A stretch of 64,000 nt of DNA, from positions 15,736-79,735 of the forward strand of contig JBDRCB010000009.1 in the NCBI GenBank assembly GCA_043822125.1, written 5' to 3'. This document shows, one piece after another, positions 35,220 to 43,656 of this stretch (its first letter is position 1; each line of letters starts with the position of its first letter). The notes under the pieces were generated by a model. The model was given only the letters and a program-made list of their open reading frames with translations, was not told where the DNA came from and searched no databases. This DNA is from an archaeon (GTDB lineage: Archaea > Nanobdellota > Nanobdellia > Pacearchaeales > GW2011-AR1). The translations under genes were made by a program, and so were the position numbers.

Positions 35220-35717
35220 ATGAAAAAAATAATTTCAGAAAAACTTCCAAGAATTATTAAAAATAGAAAAAAGCTGGAGAAAGAGCTTAATATAAAAATA
35301 AAAAACAGAGGAAGAGAAATAACAATCACTGGGGCGCCTGTTGATGAATATATTGCAGAGAAAGTTATAGAAGCTATTGAGATGGGTTTTCCTATTTCAA
35401 CTGCCATGCTGATAAAATCAGAAGGCAATGAATTTGAAATAATAAACATAAAAAACCACACAAAAAGAAAAGACCTCAAAGCAATAAGAGCAAGAATCAT
35501 AGGGAAAAAAGGAAAAACATTAAAAATACTCCAAGAACTCACACAATGCAATTTTGAAATTAAAGAAAACAGCATCGGAATAATAGGAGAACCAGAATAC
35601 ATAAAAAACGCACAAGAAGCAATTATCGCTATAATAAATGGGGCAAAGCAGTCAAATGTTTACGCTTTCCTGGAAAAACATCAAGTCAGACCAGTTGGAG
35701 ATTTTGGATTAAAATAG
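35220..35717 (+). CDS. KH-domain RNA-binding protein (Dim2/PNO1-like)
   Basis: Two KH-like modules. RIIGKKGKTLKILQELT holds the GxxG loop. Confidence 0.6.
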   Translation: MKKIISEKLPRIIKNRKKLEKELNIKIKNRGREITITGAPVDEYIAEKVIEAIEMGFPISTAMLIKSEGNEFEIINIKNHTKRKDLKAIRARIIGKKGKTLKILQELTQCNFEIKENSIGIIGEPEYIKNAQEAIIAIINGAKQSNVYAFLEKHQVRPVGDFGLK

Positions 35718-35806
35718 CAATCTTTAAATATGAAAATTTTATTTTTTAATAATCAGTTCCAGTAGCTCATTCCCGAACTTAAGAGGGAAACGAGTGAGGT
35801 GACGAA

Positions 35807-35922
35807 GTCCCGGTAGCTCAGCAGGTAGAGCGCATGGCTGTTAAATCCAACATATTGGATTTGCTACAAAAAATTGTTTTGCAGGAACCATGAAGTCATA
35901 GGTTCGAGTCCTATCCGGGACG
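35807..35922 (+). tRNA. tRNA-Asn (anticodon GTT) with a 43-nt anticodon-loop intron
   Basis: Acceptor GTCCCGG/CCGGGAC, D arm GCTC-AGCAGGTA-GAGC, anticodon stem CATGG/CCATG, loop CTGTTAA plus 43 nt, T arm ATAGG-TTCGAGT-CCTAT. Confidence 0.85.
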
Positions 35923-35976
35923 TTTTATATTCTCAAAGATAATAATTTATTTAAACAGAATATTCTTAATTCGTTA

Positions 35977-36429
35977 ATGGAAAGAATTACTGATTATCCA
36001 AGAGAATTCGATTTAAATGATTTTTCTATTGCAGATTTTTTTAGCAACATTGCATTTTACTTAGATTTTTATGCTACAGGAAAAACTGAAAAATTAGAAG
36101 AGGAAGATTATGAAAAAATTGCTCATGCATCAGAAATATTAAGAAAAAAATCAAGGGATTTTAGAAGAGGTAATAAAAAATCTTCTTTAGAAGATGGAAT
36201 ATTCTTCTGGGAGTTTTATGGGAAAAAAGAAGAAGAAAGTAATGTAGAAGAATCAAGAGAATTATCTGCTGACAGGCTAATGAAATTAAGTGAAGAATTA
36301 GCAATAATAGATGATTTATCAAAAGAGAAAATTAAAAAATTACGAGATATTTTTGCTAATCTCTCTCGAGAAACAATGAAATATTGGAATTCTAAACACC
36401 CTTATGGATTTAAAAAGTATATTGCTTAA
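35977..36429 (+). CDS. hypothetical protein
   Basis: 150-aa acidic/helical ORF with no motif I recognise. Confidence 0.45.
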   Translation: MERITDYPREFDLNDFSIADFFSNIAFYLDFYATGKTEKLEEEDYEKIAHASEILRKKSRDFRRGNKKSSLEDGIFFWEFYGKKEEESNVEESRELSADRLMKLSEELAIIDDLSKEKIKKLRDIFANLSRETMKYWNSKHPYGFKKYIA

Positions 36430-36472
36430 TCAAAACCCTAATATTTATTAATCCTCTTTCCTTCTTTAAATT

Positions 36473-37042
36473 ATGCATCTAAACAGAGTAATAAAAGAGA
36501 GGAGAAGTATTAGGAGATTTTCAAAAGGAAAAAAAGCAGACTGGAGAGATATTATTGAATGTATTGATTTTGCACGCTATGCACCAATGGCAGGAAATAA
36601 GTTTACATTAAAATTTATTATAGTTGATGACAAAGACAAAATAAAAAAAATTTCAGAATTCTGTCAGCAACCGTTTGTTGGAACAGCAGACTACATTGTC
36701 ATTGCATGCACAGACCCATCGCTGACACAAAATGCCTACGAGCAGTTTGCAGATAAATTTTGCAGACAACAGGCAGGTGCAGCAATACAAAATTTTCTCC
36801 TTAAAATAACAGAAAAAGGGCTTGCAACTTGCTGGGTAGGATATTTCGCAGAAGAGCTAATAAAAGAAGAATTAAGAATCCCTCCTCATGTGAGTGTAGA
36901 AGCAGTTTTTCCAGTAGGATATGAATCAGAAGTAAAAGGTGCTCAAAGTAAAAAACTAAAAAAAACAGACATAGACCAAATTTTATATTTCCACAAATAT
37001 AAAAATAAAAAAATGAATTCTGTAAAAAAAATTGAAGTTTAG
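36473..37042 (+). CDS. nitroreductase-family protein
   Basis: IKERRSIRRFS... N-terminal signature and a typical length of about 190 aa. Confidence 0.7.
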   Translation: MHLNRVIKERRSIRRFSKGKKADWRDIIECIDFARYAPMAGNKFTLKFIIVDDKDKIKKISEFCQQPFVGTADYIVIACTDPSLTQNAYEQFADKFCRQQAGAAIQNFLLKITEKGLATCWVGYFAEELIKEELRIPPHVSVEAVFPVGYESEVKGAQSKKLKKTDIDQILYFHKYKNKKMNSVKKIEV

Positions 37043-37063
37043 TTAAAAGTAGATAATTTATTT

Positions 37064-37102
37064 TAAAAATTATAAAAAATAAAACCCCCGGAATTCCGAG
37101 GG
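37064..37102 (-). terminator. hairpin + oligo-T tract downstream of ftsZ (between convergent genes)
   Basis: Minus-sense CCCTCGGAATTCCGGGGG followed by TTTTATTTTTTATAATTTTT. It is a GC-rich island in AT-rich spacer. Confidence 0.35.
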
Positions 37103-37115
37103 AAATAAAAAAATA

Positions 37116-38195
37116 TTATCTCCACACTTCTATCCCTAAATCAGAAATCTCTTTGGAGACATGTTTTGTCTGCTCTTCAATCTTCCTTCCAAGCACATAA
37201 GGAGAACGAACTCCAGTCATTATTGTAATCACTCTCACTTTCCCTGCAAATTCTTTGCTTATCCTTGCACCAATAATAACCTGTGCTTCAGGACTTAAGT
37301 TCTCTGACACAATTCTTCCAATATTGTCAAATTCTTCAAGTTTAAGGTCAGGTCCGCATGTTATATGAATCAAGGCTCCAGTAGCACCTTTATAATCCAC
37401 GTCAAGTAGAGGATGTGTAAGTGCCTGCTGAACAGATTCAGTAACCCTATTCTGTGAATCATTTTCTCCTATTCCAATAACTGCAACACCGCCATTTTTC
37501 ATAATTGCTGAAACATCTGCATAATCTAGGTTAATTAAACTTGGAAGAGTAATTGTCTCAACAATTCCCTTAATCATTGTAGAAACCAACTCATTCGCAA
37601 CTGCAAATGCTTGTTCAATAGGAAGCTGTCCTGCAATATCAACAAGTCTGTTGTTATCAAGAACAATGCATGTATCTGTAACTTCTCTAAGCTCCTGCAA
37701 ACCAAACTCAGCTTTGTCAACTCTCGCCTTTTCTGCTTCAAAAGGCATTGTAACAACACCAATAACAACTGCTCCTGTTTCTTTAGCCAGTTGAGCAATA
37801 ACCGGTGCACCGCCAGTTCCAGTTCCTCCACCCATTCCAGAAATAACAAAAACCATGTCTGCTCCAGATATTGCTTTTTTTATGTCAACTAATGCTTCTT
37901 TTGCTGCTTCTCTTCCTACCTGAGGCCTTCCACCAGCACCTAAACCACGAGTGAGTTCCTTACCAATAAGAATCTTCTCGTCTGCTTTAGTAACACTCAA
38001 GTGAAGTGCGTCTGTATTAGCACCATAAATTGTTGCGCCGTTTATCCCTTTATTAAAAAGCCATGTTCCCATATTACATCCACAGCCACCGACAGCAAAA
38101 ACCTTAATGTTCGCTTTTCCTGCTTTCAACTCATCGAAGTTAATACTATGTGTAGCAGTATTCTGTATTGCTTCTTTTGCAAAATCTAATGCCAT
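37116..38195 (-). CDS. ftsZ: cell division protein FtsZ
   Basis: Tubulin signature [22 protein letters not shown] and the T7 loop region. Confidence 0.9.
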   Translation of the reverse strand: MALDFAKEAIQNTATHSINFDELKAGKANIKVFAVGGCGCNMGTWLFNKGINGATIYGANTDALHLSVTKADEKILIGKELTRGLGAGGRPQVGREAAKEALVDIKKAISGADMVFVISGMGGGTGTGGAPVIAQLAKETGAVVIGVVTMPFEAEKARVDKAEFGLQELREVTDTCIVLDNNRLVDIAGQLPIEQAFAVANELVSTMIKGIVETITLPSLINLDYADVSAIMKNGGVAVIGIGENDSQNRVTESVQQALTHPLLDVDYKGATGALIHITCGPDLKLEEFDNIGRIVSENLSPEAQVIIGARISKEFAGKVRVITIMTGVRSPYVLGRKIEEQTKHVSKEISDLGIEVWR

Positions 38196-38197
38196 CT

Positions 38198-38230
38198 CTT
38201 TTTACCTCCTTGCAATTTTTTTACCTCCTT
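38198..38230 (-). promoter_or_regulatory. duplicated Shine-Dalgarno block (AAGGAGGTAAAAA x2) in the ftsZ 5' leader
   Basis: Minus-sense AATAAGGAGGTAAAAAAATTGCAAGGAGGTAAAAAGAGATG. The proximal copy is 8 nt from the ftsZ ATG. The distal copy is 8 nt from a TTG that opens a 9-codon uORF. Confidence 0.5.
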
Positions 38231-38255
38231 ATTAAATAAGGACGAAGATGCAAAA

Positions 38256-38266
38256 CATTTATATAG
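38256..38266 (-). promoter_or_regulatory. TATA-box-like element about 66 nt upstream of the ftsZ ATG (implies a leader of about 40 nt)
   Basis: Minus-sense CTATATAAATG. Confidence 0.35.
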
Positions 38267-38414
38267 TTTGCACACTTCCAGCTAATTAGAAAGAAGTAGG
38301 AAAATCCTGTATGCATACAAGTTAATTAATTCAAAGCGCCAACCCGAATTAATTATATAATAAAACAATATCTGTTTCTATTTAAATATTTTTATAATGA
38401 ACAAGTCATTTAAT

Positions 38415-38984
38415 TTATAGAAATCTTTCTAATTTTTGAATTTTCTCCCATCCTTTTTGAAGTTTTTCACCAGACTCTTTAACAACAATTTTCAAAAAAT
38501 TATCACTTACTAAAATTTTACCGTCGGAAATAACAGGAAATTCAAGTTTTTCTGTGCTGTTAAGTGAAAGCATAATTCTCTTATCAGAAATCATTATTCC
38601 CGCGCGCTTCCATCCTGAACTCCTCGCTACAGCAAATAATTTTTTAACACTCTCCAAATCTCTGCATGCAACATTCAAAGCACATACTTCCATTTTTAAT
38701 TTAATTAATTTTTTTCCCTTTCTGCTTGTCTCAATCAAATCTTTCTTCAATTGCTGAAAAGAAATCTTGTCATGATATATTTTTAAAAAAAGGTTCGGAG
38801 CTTTTTTATTCTGGCTTATCATCAGAACGATTCTGCCTGAGCACGACGAGGTGGTGTAATAATTTTCATTTTCATTTATTTTATCACAAAGTTTTAAAAT
38901 TCTTTTGTCCCACGAGCCAGCATGAGATTTATCTTTTTTAGACATTATATCTTTCTTTCTCTTTGAAAAAATATCTTGAAGCAT
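38415..38984 (-). CDS. taw3: tRNA wybutosine/wyosine-synthesizing methyltransferase Taw3/TYW3
   Basis: The YYTTSSCSGRIVLM motif is characteristic of the TYW3 family. Confidence 0.75.
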   Translation of the reverse strand: MLQDIFSKRKKDIMSKKDKSHAGSWDKRILKLCDKINENENYYTTSSCSGRIVLMISQNKKAPNLFLKIYHDKISFQQLKKDLIETSRKGKKLIKLKMEVCALNVACRDLESVKKLFAVARSSGWKRAGIMISDKRIMLSLNSTEKLEFPVISDGKILVSDNFLKIVVKESGEKLQKGWEKIQKLERFL

Positions 38985-39024
38985 AAATAAAATAAATTCA
39001 TAATATTTAAATAATTAAGGAAAA

Positions 39025-39690
39025 CTATTCTTTCTGCAAAATTTCGCAGTTGATTTTATTTTCTCTGCACAGTTCTGAAAACTCCCTTGCATCCTCTTCA
39101 CTGCCGACAATGCTCCCATAATGCATTGGAATTGCCAGAGACGGCTTAATTATCTTCGCTGCTTCTGCTGCTTCTTCTGCACTCATAGTAAACCTTCCTC
39201 CTACTGGAAGAAGAAGAACAAATTTTTTTCCTTTTTGCTTATGTCCTGTCAGTTTCTGCATTTCAGGAATAAGATCAGTATCTCCTGCATGATAAACAAC
39301 AACCCCATCTATTTTAATTAAATATCCTATCCATCCCTCTGACTTGGGGTGAAAATGTTTATCAATATTATACGAAGAAACAGTAGAAATTTTAACACTT
39401 CCAAACTCTCTTTCCTGCCCTGGCTCAACAACTTCAATCCTTATTGGAACTTCAGAACGAACAATTTTACTCTGACAGTCAGCAGGAACAACTATCCTCG
39501 TCCCTTCTTTAATGATTTTTTGCATATCTGCAAAACTGCAGTGGTCGTAATGGCTGTGTGTTATTAGAATTAAATCAGCTTTCTCAAGTCCCTCACGAAT
39601 ATTATATGGGTCAACATAAATTACCTTAGAGTCCTTAATCAAGAACCCTGCATGCCCGAGCCACTTAATCTCAACATTATCTATCTTCAT
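39025..39690 (-). CDS. MBL-fold metal-dependent hydrolase (UPF0173-like)
   Basis: KWLGHAGFLI, ITHSHYDH and the AIPMHYG motifs. Confidence 0.75.
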   Translation of the reverse strand: MKIDNVEIKWLGHAGFLIKDSKVIYVDPYNIREGLEKADLILITHSHYDHCSFADMQKIIKEGTRIVVPADCQSKIVRSEVPIRIEVVEPGQEREFGSVKISTVSSYNIDKHFHPKSEGWIGYLIKIDGVVVYHAGDTDLIPEMQKLTGHKQKGKKFVLLLPVGGRFTMSAEEAAEAAKIIKPSLAIPMHYGSIVGSEEDAREFSELCRENKINCEILQKE

Positions 39691-39714
39691 CTTTTTAGAA
39701 ATTAAAATTTATTT

Positions 39715-40749
39715 TTAAGCATTTCGCAATAAATTATGCTTAAAATTATCTAAATCTTCTCTTTTAATAAACCCTCCTGATGCATTTGGATGTCCTCCTG
39801 CAGTAGAATCCTCGAGCCCGCTGACACTCTTCTTTAACAAAACATTCATATCTGCAATCTTACTCTTGGCGCTGATTTTATAAAAATTTTTTTTGGAAGA
39901 ATCTGAAACAAAAATAAAAGTTTTATCTGGGTTTTTGCTCAGCAAAATTGATGTAACAACAGAGCTGACTGAAAAGTTTGGATTGCCATAAAAAAAACAG
40001 AGATTTTTCTCAGAAAAAAATTCTGCTTTTTTCTCAAATATGTTCAAATATTTCTGTATTTCTTTTTTGACAGCAGAATATCCTTTTTCTAATTTTTCAA
40101 AGTTTTTATTTTTAATAATCTCATAAAAAAGTCCGATATCGTTCTTCTCCTTGAAATAAATAAGAGAAAAAGAAAGTTTTTTTGTTAGGCTTCCAAGTTC
40201 AGATTCAGAATTCATATTTTGAAAATCAGGATAATATTTCTTAATGAATTTCAAGTTTTCTTTTTTATTAAAAGAATATTCAGCAACCATTGTAGAGCAG
40301 ACAAGCCAATCCCACTTTTCTTTGTTGAGTATCCCATTTCCTATATCATAAAGAGTCCATGCTGTGCAGTCAGAAGATTCTGTTTTTATGATATTTTTTT
40401 TGCCCATGAAATCAGCTGAGAAAGGATGGTGGTCAATTTCAAGAATATTGAAAAATTTCTGTGCCTCAGAAAATTCTTTTGTCTCCTCTAAATTTAAGTC
40501 GAGTATAAATATTTTTGATATTCCTTTCTCTTTCATTTGATTTAATTTTTCTGTGAGGATTTCTGCTCCATACTGGATAAAATAAATCACTTCTACTTTT
40601 ATTCCTCTACTCCTCAAAATTTCCTCTAAAAAAATAGCAGATGCTACACCGTCTAAATCTACATGTGTCAAAACTCCTATTTTATCATCGCTGGATATTA
40701 AATCCAAAAAATCAAAGAACTGCCTTTTTCCGCCAATTAAATAATCCAT
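39715..40749 (-). CDS. DHH/DHHA1-family phosphoesterase (RecJ/NrnA-like)
   Basis: THVDLDGVASA, EIDHHP and AGGHPNASGG motifs. Confidence 0.65.
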   Translation of the reverse strand: MDYLIGGKRQFFDFLDLISSDDKIGVLTHVDLDGVASAIFLEEILRSRGIKVEVIYFIQYGAEILTEKLNQMKEKGISKIFILDLNLEETKEFSEAQKFFNILEIDHHPFSADFMGKKNIIKTESSDCTAWTLYDIGNGILNKEKWDWLVCSTMVAEYSFNKKENLKFIKKYYPDFQNMNSESELGSLTKKLSFSLIYFKEKNDIGLFYEIIKNKNFEKLEKGYSAVKKEIQKYLNIFEKKAEFFSEKNLCFFYGNPNFSVSSVVTSILLSKNPDKTFIFVSDSSKKNFYKISAKSKIADMNVLLKKSVSGLEDSTAGGHPNASGGFIKREDLDNFKHNLLRNA

Positions 40750-40796
40750 ATTAAACCAACAAAAAAGATGTTTTAAGTGTTTTTATTTAGTAAAAT

Positions 40797-41291
40797 TCAA
40801 TAACTTACTTTCCACTCCTCTGCCTGTCCTGTCTTCAATTTCTTATCTAAGATTTCAAGTTCCTCGTAAATTCCTTCAATTAAATCATAATTTTTTGCTT
40901 CTTCTAAACTCACCCACTTATATTCAGTTAAAGCAGGGCAAAGTTTAATATTTTCTCCGACAGGCTCTGCCCACAAACTGATTATCAGCGAAGGTATATT
41001 ATCACCCCTTATGTAAACCAGACTTGTCACATAATTTATATTTTTAATCTCCAAACCAACTTCCTCGAGAACTTCCCTTCTTGCTAAATCTTCCAAGACA
41101 TTATACCAATGACTTCCTGTATCTTTTTTTCTTAAAGCATAATCTAAAACTTCCAACTTTCCTCCAGGAACAGTCCATTTTCCAGGAAATGCATTCTCCC
41201 ACTCTGCTCTTTTTGCTATTAAAAATTTATTATTTTTAACTAAAATTACTGTCGCAGAAACATAATGTGCCTGATTTTTATCATAAGCCAT
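40797..41291 (-). CDS. NUDIX hydrolase
   Basis: Nudix box GGKLEVLD...REVLEEVGLE. Confidence 0.75.
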   Translation of the reverse strand: MAYDKNQAHYVSATVILVKNNKFLIAKRAEWENAFPGKWTVPGGKLEVLDYALRKKDTGSHWYNVLEDLARREVLEEVGLEIKNINYVTSLVYIRGDNIPSLIISLWAEPVGENIKLCPALTEYKWVSLEEAKNYDLIEGIYEELEILDKKLKTGQAEEWKVSY

Positions 41292-41390
41292 AAAGCAAAA
41301 TCCAAAATTATTATTTAAGGATTATTGTGATGAAAAATATCTCATTATCCAAAAATGATTTATCTATAATTACAAAATTCTCTACTCTTC

Positions 41391-41608
41391 TTAATATTTT
41401 CTCCGATACCTCATATCAACTCCCCTAGCAAATAAATTATTTGGAGAAATTGTTCCCCTAGATTCTCTTTGAATTCTCCTAGACATAAAATCCTTGAAAA
41501 TATCATCCTTCTCATAATCCCAGCCGATTCCAGTAAGATAACTCATTCCATAAACTATCTTCTTTCCAAAAGAAACAAACTCTTCTAATAAATCTTTAAT
41601 CCTTTCAT
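41391..41608 (-). pseudogene. small ORF with an apparent 1-nt frameshift near its start (hypothetical)
   Basis: The ATG at 41606-41608 reads MKGLKIY-stop. The -1 frame continues for about 68 codons (DLLEEFVSFGKKIVYGMSYLTGIGWDYEKDD...RYRRKY-stop at 41391). The span is 218 nt, which is 3n+2. Confidence 0.3.
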
Positions 41609-41631
41609 ATTAATTAATAAATTATTCACTT

Positions 41632-42981
41632 TTAAAGATTATTATCTCCAAACTTCTCAATCGCCCTCGCAATCTGCAGAAGTTTCTGCTCTTGAAATTT
41701 GTCGCAGATTATCTGCATACCTACAGGAATTCTCTCAATTTCTCCTGCAGGAATTGAAATAGCACAATTTCCAGCAAGATTCGACGGAATAGTCAAAACA
41801 TCATAGCTGTACATATCTTCAACACCTATTTTGCTTCCAATTTTATGAGGAAGCCTCGGAACAACAGGACTCACAATGCAGTCAACTTTCTTGCTTCCTT
41901 TAAATGACTTTGAAAACTCATCTTCAAATAAGTTTTTTGCTTTTAATGCAAGATTGTAATATCTCCCTCTTTCTTCTGCTTTTGAAATTTCCCTGCCTCC
42001 AAGAATTCTCCTTAAAACTTCAGGTCCTGAAGAATCTTCTATTCTAAAACCATAACGCCTTCCGTCAAATCTTCTTGTAGATGAAAAAAACTCAACATAA
42101 ACAAGAGGATAGTAGCTTTCAATTCCAATTTCAAGATAATTTATTTTTATTTTTTTTATTTTCCATTTGTATTTTTCAGCTATTTTTTTTATTTTGTTTT
42201 CAACAAGAGCCTGTATTCTGCTGTCAGAAATTTTATAATCCAGCAGTCCGACTGTAATCCCTCTTGGCATCTTTTCAATTTCAGTAAAATTTAATCTATT
42301 TGACTCCTCGCTGACAGAATCATTTTCATCTTTTCCTTTTATTACATCAAGTAATAATGCAACATCAGAGACATTTTTTCCAATTGGCCCTATTTGATCC
42401 AGACTCATGCTCAAATCAATAAGTCCGCTTCTTGAAACAGCTCCATAAGTTGGCTTCAACCCCACAACACCGCAGTGCGAAGCAGGATTTCTTATGCTCC
42501 CTCCTGTATCGCTTCCCAAGGACAAATCGCAGAAATCAGCTGAAACAGAAGCAGCACTTCCACTCGAAGAACCACCTGTTGTTAATTCAGGGTTTTTAGG
42601 ATTTCTCGTAGGTCCGAATGCACTTGTTTCTCCAGAACTTCCGCATGCAAATTCATCGCAGTTTGCCACTCCAACAATCAAACCATCCTCTGCTTTTATT
42701 TTTTTAATCACTGTCGCATCATAAGGTGCCTTGAAATTTTCAAGAGTTTTGCTTCCGCAACTCGCACAAAGCCCTTTAACACAAATATTTGCTTTCACAG
42801 CAATAATTTTTCCAGCAAGCCTGCCTGCTTTTCCTTTTTTGATTTTCTCGTCGATGATTTTCGCTTCTTCCAGCAGTTCTTTTTCAGGACGCAACTGCAA
42901 AAGTGCATTTATTTTTTTTCCTTTTTTATTGTTCTTTTCAATTTCCGCAAGATATTCTTTTAAGTTTTGTTCAGTGCTCAT
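41632..42981 (-). CDS. gatA: aspartyl/glutamyl-tRNA amidotransferase subunit A
   Basis: Amidase signature GGSSSGSAASV, GSDTGGSIRNPA and a GatA-typical N-terminus. Confidence 0.85.
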   Translation of the reverse strand: MSTEQNLKEYLAEIEKNNKKGKKINALLQLRPEKELLEEAKIIDEKIKKGKAGRLAGKIIAVKANICVKGLCASCGSKTLENFKAPYDATVIKKIKAEDGLIVGVANCDEFACGSSGETSAFGPTRNPKNPELTTGGSSSGSAASVSADFCDLSLGSDTGGSIRNPASHCGVVGLKPTYGAVSRSGLIDLSMSLDQIGPIGKNVSDVALLLDVIKGKDENDSVSEESNRLNFTEIEKMPRGITVGLLDYKISDSRIQALVENKIKKIAEKYKWKIKKIKINYLEIGIESYYPLVYVEFFSSTRRFDGRRYGFRIEDSSGPEVLRRILGGREISKAEERGRYYNLALKAKNLFEDEFSKSFKGSKKVDCIVSPVVPRLPHKIGSKIGVEDMYSYDVLTIPSNLAGNCAISIPAGEIERIPVGMQIICDKFQEQKLLQIARAIEKFGDNNL

Positions 42982-43060
42982 AATATTTCCTTTAATAATT
43001 TATTTATAAAATTCATCTTTATCATAGATAATCACATCTCTCATTTTCCTCTATGAAAAA

Positions 43061-43384
43061 TTAATTCCACCCTCCTTTCTCGCTAATTATAAAATCTTTA
43101 TTTTTTTTAGGAGCATTTTCAAACATAATCTCCTTTGAGAAATTACTATCGCATTTTCCAGAGTCTTCTTTCCTTTGTTCTACGTCGTCACGGTGGACAA
43201 CAATAAATCTTGACTCTGTGCTTTCTTCTCTTTCACCAGTTCCTCTCTCAACAACAGGTTCTGATATTTTCTTATCAATCTTAGAAAGTTTTTTTGAAAA
43301 ACTTCCCATTATTTTTCTTGCTTGTTTTTTAATCTCCTCCTTCTCCTCTTCTGAAACCCTTCGATACAAAAAATCATCTATCAT
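43061..43384 (-). CDS. gatC: GatC-like amidotransferase subunit C (divergent)
   Basis: It lies directly upstream of gatA. The C-terminus FSKEIMFENAPKKNKDFIISEKGGW resembles the GatC tail (l.naP....g.f.vP), while the middle is unusually charged. Confidence 0.5.
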   Translation of the reverse strand: MIDDFLYRRVSEEEKEEIKKQARKIMGSFSKKLSKIDKKISEPVVERGTGEREESTESRFIVVHRDDVEQRKEDSGKCDSNFSKEIMFENAPKKNKDFIISEKGGWN

Positions 43385-43465
43385 TCCAAAACTAAGAATA
43401 AAGTATTTATAAGATTATTTAAAACATAAAAATAAAATAAGAAATAGATAAATTAAAAAATAAAA

Positions 43466-43558
43466 TTAATCTTCGTCTTCATCAAAATCATCTTCATCTT
43501 CTTCTGAATCACTCTTTTCATCAAAATCATCTTCTTCATAACAATTTCCACAAGACAT
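43466..43558 (-). CDS. 30-aa hyper-acidic mini-protein with N-terminal CxxC
   Basis: MSCGNCYEEDDFDEKSDSEEDEDDFDEDED. GGAGGT lies 6 nt upstream of the ATG. It is not in the supplied track. Confidence 0.4.
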   Translation of the reverse strand: MSCGNCYEEDDFDEKSDSEEDEDDFDEDED

Positions 43559-43656
43559 TTTAACCTCCAAATTTAGATAAAACCTATGGGAAATAATCCC
43601 TTTTAAAGATTTCTATACCTTGAAAGATAAAGACATTAAATATTTAAAGAAAAAAT

